A stretch of DNA of 54,917 bases from a virus (Duplodnaviria; Caudoviricetes): the IMG/VR virus record IMGVR_UViG_3300042402_002325, positions 1 through 54,917 of that record; one strand, written 5' to 3'. Numbering within the stretch: the stretch's first letter is position 1; each line of letters opens with the position of its first letter. The notes beneath the pieces were generated by a model. It did no database searches. It saw only the letters and a list, made by a program, of their open reading frames with translations, and had not been told where the DNA came from. The position numbers and the translations under genes are program-made. Below are positions 27,984 to 37,566 of this stretch, in pieces.

Positions 27984-28640
27984 TTAAAAATACGATAGGT
28001 TGTATTTATCAACAAAATCTGTATACTTGATATCTTGACCACAGTTGTCAATGAGGAAGTCTGCAGTAAACCCTGTTTTAAACTCTTGAGTATGCCAAGC
28101 TGAAGTAAACTCATAAGATACTTTATTGGACTTCTCAACTTCATCAATAAACCAATCAAATGTATGCTTTTCGTAGATAGGTACCGCCTTCTTATAAGCA
28201 TCAATTGCATACTGCTCACCAGCTTTTATTATATTTTTCATTATTTCTGATTTTGGTTTGACAGCGTAATTAGCATTGTTTGTGCCCCATCCCCCATTAT
28301 GACTAGATGGGACAACTAATATATCACAGTCTTTTACGCCTTGTAATAAGTAATCAAGAGGTTTTACACATACAGAATCCATGTCTGCGTACACTCCTCC
28401 ATGCTCATAGGTAACTATGTATCTCCATATGTCTGATTGTGTGACTGGCTCTTGTATCAGATAGGACTGCGATAAAATATCATATGACTTGATTGACTCT
28501 AATCTTTCATGATGATTTAAGTACCTATAATCCCATCCAGGGTTAAGGTTTTTCCAGGTTTGTGCTGTCTGCTTAAGATGGATAGGCAGTTCGTCAAATT
28601 CATAGTTATGTGTTTGCCATATGATCTTTGGTACCTGCAT
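27984..28640 (-). CDS. GT32/OCH1-like DXD glycosyltransferase
   Basis: PKIIWQT, LNPGW, DIWRY...GGVYADMD. Confidence 0.9.
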   Translation of the reverse strand: MQVPKIIWQTHNYEFDELPIHLKQTAQTWKNLNPGWDYRYLNHHERLESIKSYDILSQSYLIQEPVTQSDIWRYIVTYEHGGVYADMDSVCVKPLDYLLQGVKDCDILVVPSSHNGGWGTNNANYAVKPKSEIMKNIIKAGEQYAIDAYKKAVPIYEKHTFDWFIDEVEKSNKVSYEFTSAWHTQEFKTGFTADFLIDNCGQDIKYTDFVDKYNLSYF

Positions 28641-28660
28641 TGTTTCAGTATATCAGAGAG

Positions 28661-28714
28661 TTATCCACATGTCAATAGGCTAAAAATACCATAGTTATCC
28701 ACAAGTTATCCACA
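28661..28714 (+). promoter_or_regulatory. three perfect DnaA boxes
   Basis: TTATCCACA at 28661, 28695, 28706. Confidence 0.75.
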
Positions 28715-28833
28715 TATAAATCTTACTGATATTTTTTATATATGGTTTACATCTGTCTGGAATATGTCTACTGGGTTATTGAGCTCTTATACAGATGGGG
28801 CCGTAATGTCAACGGCTTTAAAACCTCCCATAC

Positions 28834-29419
28834 CAAACCTTCAAACCTTACATATGGCCTGCATTATATACCCAAACCTCACATTTGTCAAGTATCAAAC
28901 CTTACAAACCTTATATAAAACCATATACAAAATCGTCCGAAATGTCCAATAATATTATATAAAGGTTTGATAATATTTAAAAATATATCAAAAACCAGGA
29001 GAAAAGGTTTGATATCGTAATGTCTTATATACTATAGGGATTTAGAGTGGTAGTTGTTCTTGTATATACCGTCCCGCAGAATGAGTGACAGGATTATTAG
29101 TCACGTTTTGGGCGGGGGACTTAGGAAAGAAAGCTTTAAGAGTTATAACACTATACAACATACCACATATAGCACCAAAGTCTTGATTAAAGATTTCTCC
29201 ATCAGAAGGTTGATCATGGCGATGAGAGCTTTGATTATACATATTAGCAAAATGTCTTGGACTCATAAAACCATTATAACATGGTTTGACAAATAAGGTT
29301 TGATAGGCTAGAATAGGAGATTTTTTTTGGTCGTTCTTAATGTCAAATTAGGAGAAAATTTTTGAGCTGTCGTAATGTCAAAAAATGGGAAAGAAAAGGT
29401 TTGATCGTAATAAGGTTTG
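28834..29419. repeat. inverted array of CAAACCT/AGGTTTG heptamers
   Basis: CAAACCT at 28834, 28842, 28873, 28896, 28905; AGGTTTG at 28963, 29005, 29296, 29397, 29413. Confidence 0.7.
29042..29266 (-). CDS. hypothetical protein
   Basis: TGTTATAAT 6 nt before ATG (leaderless). Confidence 0.5.
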   Translation of the reverse strand: MSPRHFANMYNQSSHRHDQPSDGEIFNQDFGAICGMLYSVITLKAFFPKSPAQNVTNNPVTHSAGRYIQEQLPL

Positions 29420-29484
29420 AAGAAGTGGTTTGACCACCTCGGGCACAACGGCAGGCTTTTGTCAAGCCCACCGCTGCAGCATTT

Positions 29485-29697
29485 CTAGAATAGTTTGTAG
29501 TTGTTGTAGTGATTGTATTGCTCTTGCTTAGTTGCTTCCGCTGAGTCTGCAATAGTAATTAAACGATTGTAGATTACGTTGGGAGATGATTGGGCAAGAT
29601 GATGTCCCACTAAGTCAAGGTCAAGGCGTAGGTCTGCCAAAACATTGGATAGTTGCATGGCTATCTTTTCTTCTTTGGTTATTAGTTTTCGTCTCAT
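29485..29697 (-). CDS. hypothetical protein
   Basis: GGGAG RBS. Confidence 0.7.
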   Translation of the reverse strand: MRRKLITKEEKIAMQLSNVLADLRLDLDLVGHHLAQSSPNVIYNRLITIADSAEATKQEQYNHYNNYKLF

Positions 29698-29721
29698 AGT
29701 TCTCCCTCAGTTCATTGTATC

Positions 29722-29765
29722 AAAAATAAGGGGGGAGCGCAACCCACCACAAATCGCACTCCCCC
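29722..29765 (-). terminator. intrinsic terminator
   Basis: GGGGGAGTGC...GCGCTCCCCC followed by CTTATTTTT. Confidence 0.6.
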
Positions 29766-29780
29766 GTTGCAGCGTCTGCT

Positions 29781-30149
29781 TTATACCGCTGCGTGCTCAG
29801 GTAAATATGCTTGGATAAAGTTATCCCATTTGACGGGCACGGAATCAGTAACAGTTTTATTAACAAAGTCAATAACCACAGTCTGCTCCCCCAGGTCATA
29901 GTTAGTTCCACGGATTGAATAGATTCCAAAACCCGTTTCATCTAGAATGCTATCTTGCATAAGATAACTAATAATCATTCTGGTCCCATATGATGAATCA
30001 TTCCAGCGGGGCTTGGCATGTTCTAAAGCTTTAGCAATGTCAACTTCCCATCCGTCCTGGCCCCAGTGACTGTAAAGTACAACAGATGATGTTGGCTCTC
30101 CTACTGCAGGCTCAGCGTCTTTGAATACAAAGTTAATCCGTGCTCCCAT
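29781..30149 (-). CDS. phage hypothetical protein (LYSHWG)
   Basis: GGAGG RBS; TAATG coupling. Confidence 0.75.
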   Translation of the reverse strand: MGARINFVFKDAEPAVGEPTSSVVLYSHWGQDGWEVDIAKALEHAKPRWNDSSYGTRMIISYLMQDSILDETGFGIYSIRGTNYDLGEQTVVIDFVNKTVTDSVPVKWDNFIQAYLPEHAAV

Positions 30150-30346
30150 TACTTTTCCTCCCAATCAAATGACATCATGTCAAGGATTAGTTCTGACAGA
30201 GTATCAATTTTGGTTTGTAGTGTAATCATTGCTGTTAGTTCTTCTGGTGTGTCTGCAACCTCATCAAGTGGAATAAGTTCACATTCCAGTTCATCAATGA
30301 TGGCTTCAATAAAGTTAACAACTTCTAGTAGTGACTCTTTGTGCAT
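30149..30346 (-). CDS. small acidic protein
   Basis: AAGGA RBS. Confidence 0.65.
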   Translation of the reverse strand: MHKESLLEVVNFIEAIIDELECELIPLDEVADTPEELTAMITLQTKIDTLSELILDMMSFDWEEK

Positions 30347-30407
30347 TCTTGTTCCTTATCTGTAGTGTGTTCTTCAATTGTATCAAATAACGTTAACTGT
30401 GTCCAGT

Positions 30408-30638
30408 TCATTCGTCGTCTCCAAGTTCTTCTATGCATGCCGTGCAAAATTCGCCTTCAGGGTCCTGCTTAGGGGCTTCTTGACAGTTATCACAGTCTTG
30501 ATCATCAGTCTCAGTCTCTGCTTGTACCCTGACCCATTCGCATAGTTCACCCTCGTGTACATCTGCAGTAAAATCGCTAATGGCTTTAAACCATCCTTCA
30601 TCAACAGCAAGTTCAATAAGATAAGTAGTCTTAGGCAT
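30408..30638 (-). CDS. small acidic protein with two CxxC motifs
   Basis: Start MPKTTY after GAGGA. Confidence 0.6.
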   Translation of the reverse strand: MPKTTYLIELAVDEGWFKAISDFTADVHEGELCEWVRVQAETETDDQDCDNCQEAPKQDPEGEFCTACIEELGDDE

Positions 30639-31326
30639 GTTGGTCCTCATATCTAGTTTGGTGTACTTCACACATGTCATTGCTCCAGCCACATAGAGGG
30701 CATGGATAGTCTCCACAGTCATCACAACCAGTGATTTCATTATCTAGGTAGGTACCGTCGCAATTACGGCACATGTTGTCATACTGTGACTCTGAGATAA
30801 CTTTACCACGAAGCAGTTCACATTCGCCACCCCAGCCAGTCTCTTCTTCATATGACAATGTAAATAATAAATCAGGGTACTGTTCAGAAAGAGTACACAA
30901 TGCACTCATAGGACGAGACCAAGCAGTCTCAAAGTTATAGTAGACAACATGGTTCTCACCATTGACTGTATCTTCCATATATGTATCAGGATTAGTCTCA
31001 AGAGATGAGACGGCTACATCCCACTTAGTTCCCCAGTTGCGAACATTCCAATCGTACCAATGGTCTGACTTAAACTTCATGGCCTCTTCAAAGTTATCAT
31101 TCTTAGGTTGAGGACCGTCGTATGCTTCCATGTCAGTTGGTTTAATTATATTCCAGAATGCAAATACAGGGTTTGGATATGTTACCTGTTGCTTTTCCAT
31201 TTGCTGTGTCTTTACATTCCATTGGTCATGGACACGAACGAATGGTGAATTCATCTGCTCCATTAACTTCTTTACAGAGTCAGGGCTACCCTCAATGGTA
31301 AGTCCGTTATATACCCAGTTTGGCAT
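30631..31326 (-). CDS. DUF1281/YubB-like ferredoxin-fold protein
   Basis: MPNW.N, WYDWNVRNWGTKWD, FETAWSRP. Confidence 0.8.
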   Translation of the reverse strand: MPNWVYNGLTIEGSPDSVKKLMEQMNSPFVRVHDQWNVKTQQMEKQQVTYPNPVFAFWNIIKPTDMEAYDGPQPKNDNFEEAMKFKSDHWYDWNVRNWGTKWDVAVSSLETNPDTYMEDTVNGENHVVYYNFETAWSRPMSALCTLSEQYPDLLFTLSYEEETGWGGECELLRGKVISESQYDNMCRNCDGTYLDNEITGCDDCGDYPCPLCGWSNDMCEVHQTRYEDQHA

Positions 31327-31603
31327 GGTGGTCTCTTTCTATTTGTTGGCGGTCAATACTTAAATTATACGTCAAGGCATACAGTTCTGTCAAGGCTTCT
31401 AGGTACCCCTCAGCATAGGTGCGCTCCATACTATCCATGGCCTCACCTGAATAATCTTCTTGCTCCTGTGCTTCTTGCAACCGTACTTCTGCGTCTACCA
31501 TGGCTACCTTAAGATGACCATGTATTAAATCTATTAGTGGTATAGAGATATCCTCTAAAGCTTTTTCCAAATGCGGCGGTATGAAAGGATAATCTTTACT
31601 CAC
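31307..31603 (-). CDS. hypothetical protein
   Basis: Operon ORF. Confidence 0.65.
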   Translation of the reverse strand: MSKDYPFIPPHLEKALEDISIPLIDLIHGHLKVAMVDAEVRLQEAQEQEDYSGEAMDSMERTYAEGYLEALTELYALTYNLSIDRQQIERDHHAKLGI

Positions 31604-31772
31604 TAATTAACTCCAATACATAATCGTATGCGTCTAGTGCTCCTAGGTAGTAGTCATCTGACTCCCAATGAAATCCCTCTCCAGGCTCATCACCTTGTAG
31701 GGCTTGTTCCATGTCTTGCTCAATACTTATCTTGTGAATCTTTAGATACTCGCTTAGTGTGTTCATGTCCAT
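31596..31772 (-). CDS. 58-aa acidic protein
   Basis: Manually read; fills the gap between annotated ORFs. Confidence 0.6.
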   Translation of the reverse strand: MDMNTLSEYLKIHKISIEQDMEQALQGDEPGEGFHWESDDYYLGALDAYDYVLELISE

Positions 31773-31775
31773 ATA

Positions 31776-32015
31776 TTAATTATAGGGGTTGGTGTTGATT
31801 TTTACAAGTTGTGTGGGTGTGACCTTAATCACAGGTTCATAGTCAGGGGTTGGATCTTCATCCACATGGGTAACAGTGGCATCAAACTTGTTTAATAAGA
31901 TTACATGTGATGTGGCATGGCAAATACAGGCGGGATCAATTTGAGGCTCAACAGATGCAGTAATCTCTATAAGAGCATCGCAGTCAGTACATAGATAAGT
32001 AAACTTAGTCCACAT
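31776..32015 (-). CDS. small Zn-ribbon protein
   Basis: CTDC...CIC. Confidence 0.65.
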   Translation of the reverse strand: MWTKFTYLCTDCDALIEITASVEPQIDPACICHATSHVILLNKFDATVTHVDEDPTPDYEPVIKVTPTQLVKINTNPYN

Positions 32016-32173
32016 TAGTCAAAGTACCCTTCTGCCCATAAGCCATTCATAAACTCTGTTACTTTAAATAAGTTATCATGTAGCCATGGGTCATCATCAG
32101 GATTAACAGTAGTTAAAGCAGAATGCACAGCGCTAATCATTTCATCTATATCTTCTTTACAATAACCTAGCAT
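32015..32173 (-). CDS. 52-aa protein (MLGY...GLWAEGYFD)
   Basis: Manually read; coupled to genes on both sides. Confidence 0.65.
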   Translation of the reverse strand: MLGYCKEDIDEMISAVHSALTTVNPDDDPWLHDNLFKVTEFMNGLWAEGYFD

Positions 32174-32334
32174 CATTCCTCATCCCACCAGTATTTGACA
32201 ATTGTATTCAAGGTAGTGTGGATGTTACAATCACAATCCCCACCATTCATGTTTTCCATGTATTCAAGATGTTGTTCGTTGTCCATGTACATCTCATTGA
32301 CTAGTTCATCAATCGTTCTCATTGTTTGGGTCAT
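32173..32334 (-). CDS. small hypothetical protein
   Basis: Leaderless start after TGTAAAAT. Confidence 0.6.
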   Translation of the reverse strand: MTQTMRTIDELVNEMYMDNEQHLEYMENMNGGDCDCNIHTTLNTIVKYWWDEE

Positions 32335-32455
32335 GATATTAATTTTACAGGAATCTGCGAAAAAAAGCAAGTCCTCTTAATTAAATTTTCTGAGATTAAT
32401 TATATAGCTTCTTAAAATGTCCGTTTTGTCCAAATTGCCTCGGCCCAAATTCTTG

Positions 32456-32529
32456 CGATCTGTATGGGACTTGAACCCACGACCTCTACCGTGACAGGGT
32501 AGCGCTCTAACCAACTGAGCTAACAGACC
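32456..32529 (-). tRNA. tRNA-Asp(GTC)
   Basis: GGTCTGT/ACAGATC acceptor; CTACC-CTGTCAC-GGTAG; TTCAAGT. Confidence 0.95.
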
Positions 32530-32531
32530 AT

Positions 32532-32558
32532 TGAGCAGTTTTACATCATGCTCAGGAT
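32532..32558 (-). ncRNA. mini-pseudoknot repeat, copy 2
   Basis: ATC-CTGAGCAT-GAT-GTAAAAC-TGCTCA, 2 nt 5' of tRNA-Asp. Confidence 0.65.
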
Positions 32559-32564
32559 TTTTTA

Positions 32565-33581
32565 TTATGCTAGTTGCATAACATTCTGCACAACTTTTAG
32601 CAAACGATTTTTTTCTGCGTTGATAGCAGGGTCAAATCCGCTTGCGCTTGCAAGGATAGATTCGTTAGAACCACCACGAGCAGAACGATACCAATCTAAA
32701 CGCTCTGTTAGTGCATTGAAAGCACCCCATGCGTTACCAGCAATCATTCCGTTAAACTCGCCTGTGTAGATGTCATTGATAACATCAACCTTGTTTTCCC
32801 ACTTCTTTAGTGCGCCCTTAGTGTCCTTGTCAGGCTGAGGGTATGCAGCAAGAATGATGTCGTTGAATTGCTTAGCATTGACTTCCTTCTCAATCATTGC
32901 CTTAGCCATGATGTCAAATGAATCCATGTAAGAGTTAGCCATACCTAGTGTCTGGCGTGCAATAGCAACCTTACCAGATGCGGTCTGAGTGTGGCGAATC
33001 TTGAAAGATTGCTTGACACCATTCTTGATTTTCTTTTGATTAAGTGCAAGATTGAGAGTGTTAGCGCACACAACACGAACAGGTGTAATGCTTGCTTGAA
33101 TAGCGATTGAGCCATCATGTGATGTGTTGATAAGTAAATAAGTCTTTACCTTATCTGCAACGCCGTTAGGGTCTAGAACAGTTTCACGCTCTAGTGCTAA
33201 TGCACCAAATACAACACGTCCACCCTTGATTGAGCCAGCGGTTTCCCATCGTCCGCCACCATCTAGAATGTTATCACCAAATGAGAATAAATCTTCATTC
33301 TGCATAACATGGTAGCGCTCACCTACGACACCAAGAATGTCTGTCTGTGAATTGTCTGTTGGGTTAGTACGCAAAACGTACTGATAGTTTTTGTCGCTTG
33401 TTAAATGTGATGGAGTTTCCAAATCTTCCAGACGAACATTCCAGCCGTTGAGGTTAGCAGCCTCTAACATTTGTGCTGTATTTTTTTCTTCTGTGAATAC
33501 GGTACCCAATCCATGCCAAGCAGGTTCACGGAAAGATGCGAATGATGTTTTTCCGTTTTGTGTTTCTAGGTCATGTGCCAT
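32565..33581 (-). CDS. DUF932/TIGR03299-family phage/plasmid protein
   Basis: MAH...EPAWHGLG, ETAGS.KGG, SHDGS, TPVRVVCANTL, IRHT. Confidence 0.9.
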   Translation of the reverse strand: MAHDLETQNGKTSFASFREPAWHGLGTVFTEEKNTAQMLEAANLNGWNVRLEDLETPSHLTSDKNYQYVLRTNPTDNSQTDILGVVGERYHVMQNEDLFSFGDNILDGGGRWETAGSIKGGRVVFGALALERETVLDPNGVADKVKTYLLINTSHDGSIAIQASITPVRVVCANTLNLALNQKKIKNGVKQSFKIRHTQTASGKVAIARQTLGMANSYMDSFDIMAKAMIEKEVNAKQFNDIILAAYPQPDKDTKGALKKWENKVDVINDIYTGEFNGMIAGNAWGAFNALTERLDWYRSARGGSNESILASASGFDPAINAEKNRLLKVVQNVMQLA

Positions 33582-33757
33582 GAGTTTTCTTCTTTCTGTT
33601 GTTGTTAATACAATCATACACGAATGGGCTGACAAATGCAAATCTATATAGTTAAAAATGGGAGAAAATGGACATTTTTTTAATGTGTCGTAAATCATAG
33701 TGTGATGTGGATCACAGGGCCCGAGCTGAATTTTTATGCAACGGCATGAATAAAAGG

Positions 33758-33785
33758 TGAGCAGTTTTAAAACGTGCTCAGGTTT
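33758..33785 (-). ncRNA. mini-pseudoknot repeat, copy 3
   Basis: AAAC-CTGAGCAC-GTTT-TAAAAC-TGCTCA. Confidence 0.65.
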
Positions 33786-33801
33786 ATTAGTAGACCCCCT
33801 A

Positions 33802-34218
33802 CTAAATATCTATGCGGTCCACACTGGATGATAGGTACGCAACGCCTTCAGGATATGATACAGAATCAAAATCAATGTCATGAATTAAATTCTGTGCACT
33901 CTCTTCATCACGTGCATTAACTGTAACTGAATACATTACTGTAACTTCAAGTTCAAATTCTTTTGTTAACTCAAAGCCACAGATGCTAGCAATCTCTTCT
34001 GCATCTGATTCTGTAATTTGTGCATTGTCAAGCGCTTCTAAGGTCCACTCTTGCATTTCATTACGCATACGGTTACGCTCTGCAGCCTCACCATATGAGC
34101 GCTGAGTTACTGTTTGAATGTGTGATTCAAGATTAGCAATACGCTCTTTGTTTGATACTAATTGTGACTCAAGAAATTCTCTTGTCATGTAGTGTGTGTC
34201 TGTTTTTAGTTGGTCCAT
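33802..34218 (-). CDS. hypothetical protein
   Basis: Start MDQLK downstream of a promoter and AGAAAGCAGG. Confidence 0.75.
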   Translation of the reverse strand: MDQLKTDTHYMTREFLESQLVSNKERIANLESHIQTVTQRSYGEAAERNRMRNEMQEWTLEALDNAQITESDAEEIASICGFELTKEFELEVTVMYSVTVNARDEESAQNLIHDIDFDSVSYPEGVAYLSSSVDRIDI

Positions 34219-34304
34219 TGGGGGCCTGCTTTCTGTTAGTTTGTTTAGTTTAATTGTACAGGTGCCCACTGACAAATGTCAAGCTTGATCCAGCACCCTT
34301 GCGG

Positions 34305-34332
34305 GAAGCAGTTTAGCGACATACTTAGGTCG
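34305..34332 (-). ncRNA. mini-pseudoknot repeat, copy 4
   Basis: CGAC-CTAAGTAT-GTCG-CTAAAC-TGCTTC. Confidence 0.6.
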
Positions 34333-34382
34333 TTTCCACTCTATTTATTTATACACGCATTTCTGTGGTCGTGTTGATTTAT

Positions 34383-34808
34383 TTAGAGATAACGAGCAAT
34401 CGCATTGTATGTAGAAGTATTGACTACTTCCTCATCTGTCATCTTGAGAATACGAATTGCGTTCTCAATTTCCTGCTTCTGCTCTAAGTAGTTATGACGA
34501 CCAATTTGCTCAAAGTCACGCTCAGGCTCTTTTGGTAGGTCTGCCTCTGATGTTGTTAAATCAAAGTCAATGTTGAGTGTGTTGTTCCAAGAACGATAGT
34601 TTGTTCTAACATTTTCTGCTTTCTTGATGTTAGAAATAGCATAAGCAAAGATTTCCTTGCGCCACTTTTCCATAGCCTTGTTATACTTTGCTTCGTTTGC
34701 TTCTTGTGAGGTGTAAGACTTTTCTAGTTCTGCTAGACGAACTTCTAGTGCCTTGATTACCTTTGGTGTTGCGATTTTTACTGAGATGGATTTCCCGTTT
34801 CTTGCCAT
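34383..34808 (-). CDS. hypothetical protein
   Basis: Own promoter; helical ORF. Confidence 0.8.
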   Translation of the reverse strand: MARNGKSISVKIATPKVIKALEVRLAELEKSYTSQEANEAKYNKAMEKWRKEIFAYAISNIKKAENVRTNYRSWNNTLNIDFDLTTSEADLPKEPERDFEQIGRHNYLEQKQEIENAIRILKMTDEEVVNTSTYNAIARYL

Positions 34809-34872
34809 GTGTTTTCTCTTTTCTTTTGGTGGTTTATTTATAGTATAGGGGGTAGGTCTGACATTTTTAGTG

Positions 34873-34899
34873 TGAGCAGTTTAGAGTCATGCTCAGGAC
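34873..34899 (-). ncRNA. mini-pseudoknot repeat, copy 5
   Basis: GTC-CTGAGCAT-GAC-TCTAAAC-TGCTCA. Confidence 0.65.
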
Positions 34900-34913
34900 A
34901 TAGAACTAACTAA

Positions 34914-35081
34914 TTACGCATTAGCCTTCCATGTTGTCCAGCGTGTGTTGCCATTTACATCTAACTTCACACGAACTGTGTCCTTTGCAGTAGGTGAGAT
35001 TTCAAGAATTGTTCCTGTTACCTTTGACTTCTGAGATGTGTAGAGGTCGCCTACCTTGTATGTGTTTGTTGCTACTGTCAT
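34914..35081 (-). CDS. small SH3/KOW-like protein
   Basis: YKVGD...VTGTI...VRVKL; AGGAG RBS. Confidence 0.7.
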   Translation of the reverse strand: MTVATNTYKVGDLYTSQKSKVTGTILEISPTAKDTVRVKLDVNGNTRWTTWKANA

Positions 35082-35270
35082 TTTGTTTCTCCTTTTTAGT
35101 TTGTTGTATGTATTAAGTATAACATTTCCTACTGACATTTTTCAACTCCATTTCTTGTATTTCTCACTATTTGAGACGCTTGCGGGTGTGATTTATGTCA
35201 CATTATTGGTTGATTAGCAAGACTAACAACCCTATTAGTGATAGGATAACTAGACTTTCCATTTATCTCC

Positions 35271-35993
35271 TCATTTCTTACTTGACGAGAATACTATGTC
35301 ACTCTTAGAGTATACACACAATGAGCAAGAAACGCAAGCGCTTCCATTTGTTGAGATTAGGGGAATGGCTTTCTTATTCTCAGGACACTTAGCCCCTACC
35401 TTACCAATCATCTCTTTCATGTCTGCCTGTCCTACTAAGAAATTCTTAGCAAGGTAGGCAAGCTTTATGCCATGATCTTTTTTCAGGGTAACACCAATAG
35501 ACTTATTCTCACTATCCGTAGAATAGTATAAAGAAAGATTAGCAATGTCCTTTAGCATTACCGCTGCGCTCTTCACACGTGTGTATACCCAAAATTGAAT
35601 ATCAGGATTATTAAGGATGACATGCTTCCATGCGAACGTATAAGTATCATTAAAGAAATCGCCGTCCCAGTGAATACGAAATAGCATAGGCGCTTCACGC
35701 TTTACACAATCAGCCTTAAAGTCTTTAATCATCTCTTCAAGCAATGCTTCAATGGTGTCATGGTCTGCGTCTTTGACTAACTCCCAATTGTGCAATAAGT
35801 TTTTCTTTACTGTTGGGAAGACTTTTTCCAATTTGCCAGCATAACAAACACTCTCGCATACGCTAGTCGCTCCAGGACATGAATAGTTTTTCCCTGCGGG
35901 TAATCCGAATGTGTTAGCGATACTTGCTTGTTTTCCATTAGGGGTGACGGCATTTGCTACTTTCCTATCTTTGCTTCTGAGTAATTTTGTCAT
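35271..35993 (-). CDS. mycobacteriophage Gp88-like protein
   Basis: FGLPAG..SCPGA...C...CYA, FRIHWDGDF, FWVYTR, C..C..C. Confidence 0.85.
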   Translation of the reverse strand: MTKLLRSKDRKVANAVTPNGKQASIANTFGLPAGKNYSCPGATSVCESVCYAGKLEKVFPTVKKNLLHNWELVKDADHDTIEALLEEMIKDFKADCVKREAPMLFRIHWDGDFFNDTYTFAWKHVILNNPDIQFWVYTRVKSAAVMLKDIANLSLYYSTDSENKSIGVTLKKDHGIKLAYLAKNFLVGQADMKEMIGKVGAKCPENKKAIPLISTNGSACVSCSLCVYSKSDIVFSSSKK

Positions 35994-36215
35994 GGTGGCT
36001 ACTCGCTTTCTTTCTTTAATTTTAGCATAAGGGACTGACATTTTTTTCTATTGTATTTCTTTTTATTTGGGACAGCGGAGGCTGCATTAGAACGACGTAA
36101 TTCCATTAATCGTCTTAATTCCTCAGCATTTTTCTTCATGTAATAATCTTACCAGAAATGGGAGAAAATATCAACTTACGTAATTGTGGCGTAGATCACA
36201 GGGCCTCGGCCCCTT

Positions 36216-36449
36216 TTAGTCTAAGTAGACGTACCAATCAACTTCTTCATCAAATGCAAACTGAACAACTTCTGATTCACCAAAATCATTTGTGATTTCA
36301 ATGTCATAGTTATCTCCTGTTGAATCGCATTCAATAAAAGTTACTTCAACGATTTCATCATTGTAACTGATTAGATCGCCAATCTGCAATGCATCAACTT
36401 TCAATGCATCAGCTTTTACAAGTTCCATGTCATTTATTGTAGCACTCAT
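36216..36449 (-). CDS. small acidic protein
   Basis: Operon ORF. Confidence 0.65.
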   Translation of the reverse strand: MSATINDMELVKADALKVDALQIGDLISYNDEIVEVTFIECDSTGDNYDIEITNDFGESEVVQFAFDEEVDWYVYLD

Positions 36450-36770
36450 TTATTCTAACCCCAATCCTAATTCAAATCCCAAGTCTTCATCATAGTCTTC
36501 AATGTTTTCTGGCAACCATGCGTGCAGGTGGTGTTGCTCAATGATAGCCCAAACTGGTGCAGCAGTTAAGCCCTTGTAAGAAATACCATCTGGCATTTCA
36601 ATAGTCTCGTCCCACTTATCCTCATGAGCAAAGTCAATAGCCTGTATGCATACTGGCACCATGCTTAGCGGTACTGGTGGATAGTGATTACCCTGTAGGT
36701 GATAACCAATAGCCTGTTCAAGGCTTATGTCAATGTTTTCTGCTAAGTCTGTTGCGAAATTGCTTCCCAT
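36450..36770 (-). CDS. hypothetical protein (HLQGNHYPPVP)
   Basis: Operon ORF with TAATG coupling. Confidence 0.75.
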   Translation of the reverse strand: MGSNFATDLAENIDISLEQAIGYHLQGNHYPPVPLSMVPVCIQAIDFAHEDKWDETIEMPDGISYKGLTAAPVWAIIEQHHLHAWLPENIEDYDEDLGFELGLGLE

Positions 36771-36985
36771 TATCGTGTTACCACCAATCCTGTTGTGTAA
36801 AGAGTTTTTGTGTGCATCTTGCCACTAGGTTCTGACAAGTTAATTGTTGCGTATTCTTTTGCATCTCCACTATCAACAAATTGCTGAAAAGTTTCAACGG
36901 CAGTTAGAGCATCACTATAACGACCAATCCAAACAGGTGTAGGTGCAGAGTCATAGGTAGCGGTGACAGAGTATAGGTATTCCAT
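36770..36985 (-). CDS. hypothetical protein
   Basis: GGAG RBS; coupled. Confidence 0.7.
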   Translation of the reverse strand: MEYLYSVTATYDSAPTPVWIGRYSDALTAVETFQQFVDSGDAKEYATINLSEPSGKMHTKTLYTTGLVVTR

Positions 36986-37161
36986 TATGCGTTCTCCAAT
37001 GTGTATTCGTTCATTTCATTACTAGCGTACCATGTGGTGTATTCATTGTAAAGCATGACACCCTTGTCACACTCACAAAAATCTGTATCGTATTCGCCAT
37101 GACCATTACCCCAAAAGAGTACGCCCTCATCATAGCAATCCATGCAATCCCAAGTGTTCAT
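36985..37161 (-). CDS. 58-aa CxxC...CxC protein
   Basis: Manually read; fills the operon gap. Confidence 0.6.
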   Translation of the reverse strand: MNTWDCMDCYDEGVLFWGNGHGEYDTDFCECDKGVMLYNEYTTWYASNEMNEYTLENA

Positions 37162-37163
37162 TA

Positions 37164-37373
37164 TTAGTCTCCAATCTTTACTGCAAGTATGCGGTATGTA
37201 TCTTTTAGATTAAGTGGTGCTGAGTAGTGGGGGCGAACCTGAACAAGATAACTTTCGCAATCTTGATACCATACATCAGACTTTTCTGCTGAGATAATTT
37301 CTCCCGTAAGTGTGCGGGACTTATAAGTTTTTCCTACAAGTAGGTTTTCTATTGTATAGACATTTGCTGACAT
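37164..37373 (-). CDS. hypothetical protein
   Basis: GAGG RBS; own promoter. Confidence 0.7.
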   Translation of the reverse strand: MSANVYTIENLLVGKTYKSRTLTGEIISAEKSDVWYQDCESYLVQVRPHYSAPLNLKDTYRILAVKIGD

Positions 37374-37514
37374 GAGCAACCTCTTTCTTTTTGTTTAATT
37401 ACTTTATTACTCTGTAATCCTATCATGGGTGTCTGACAAAAAACTAATTACTAGCGAGTAGTCTTAAATAGTGAGACGCTCAAAAAATGTGAGAAAAATC
37501 ACAACCACGTAAAG

Positions 37515-37538
37515 TTATCCACAACAGCCTGTGGAAAA
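37515..37538. promoter_or_regulatory. inverted DnaA-box pair
   Basis: TTATCCACA at 37515 and TGTGGAAAA at 37530. Confidence 0.55.
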
Positions 37539-37566
37539 CCTGTCGGGCAGCTTTTTTGAAAAAGAT

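Noticed and set aside
28764-29552. ORFs 28764-28952, 29054-29296 and 29343-29552
   Set aside because: They run through the repeat array or lie antisense to better-supported ORFs, with no RBS or promoter.
32565-36041. Longest-ORF starts at 33698, 34275, 35138 and 36041
   Set aside because: They lie in or upstream of promoter motifs; downstream ATGs with SD-like sequences are better starts.
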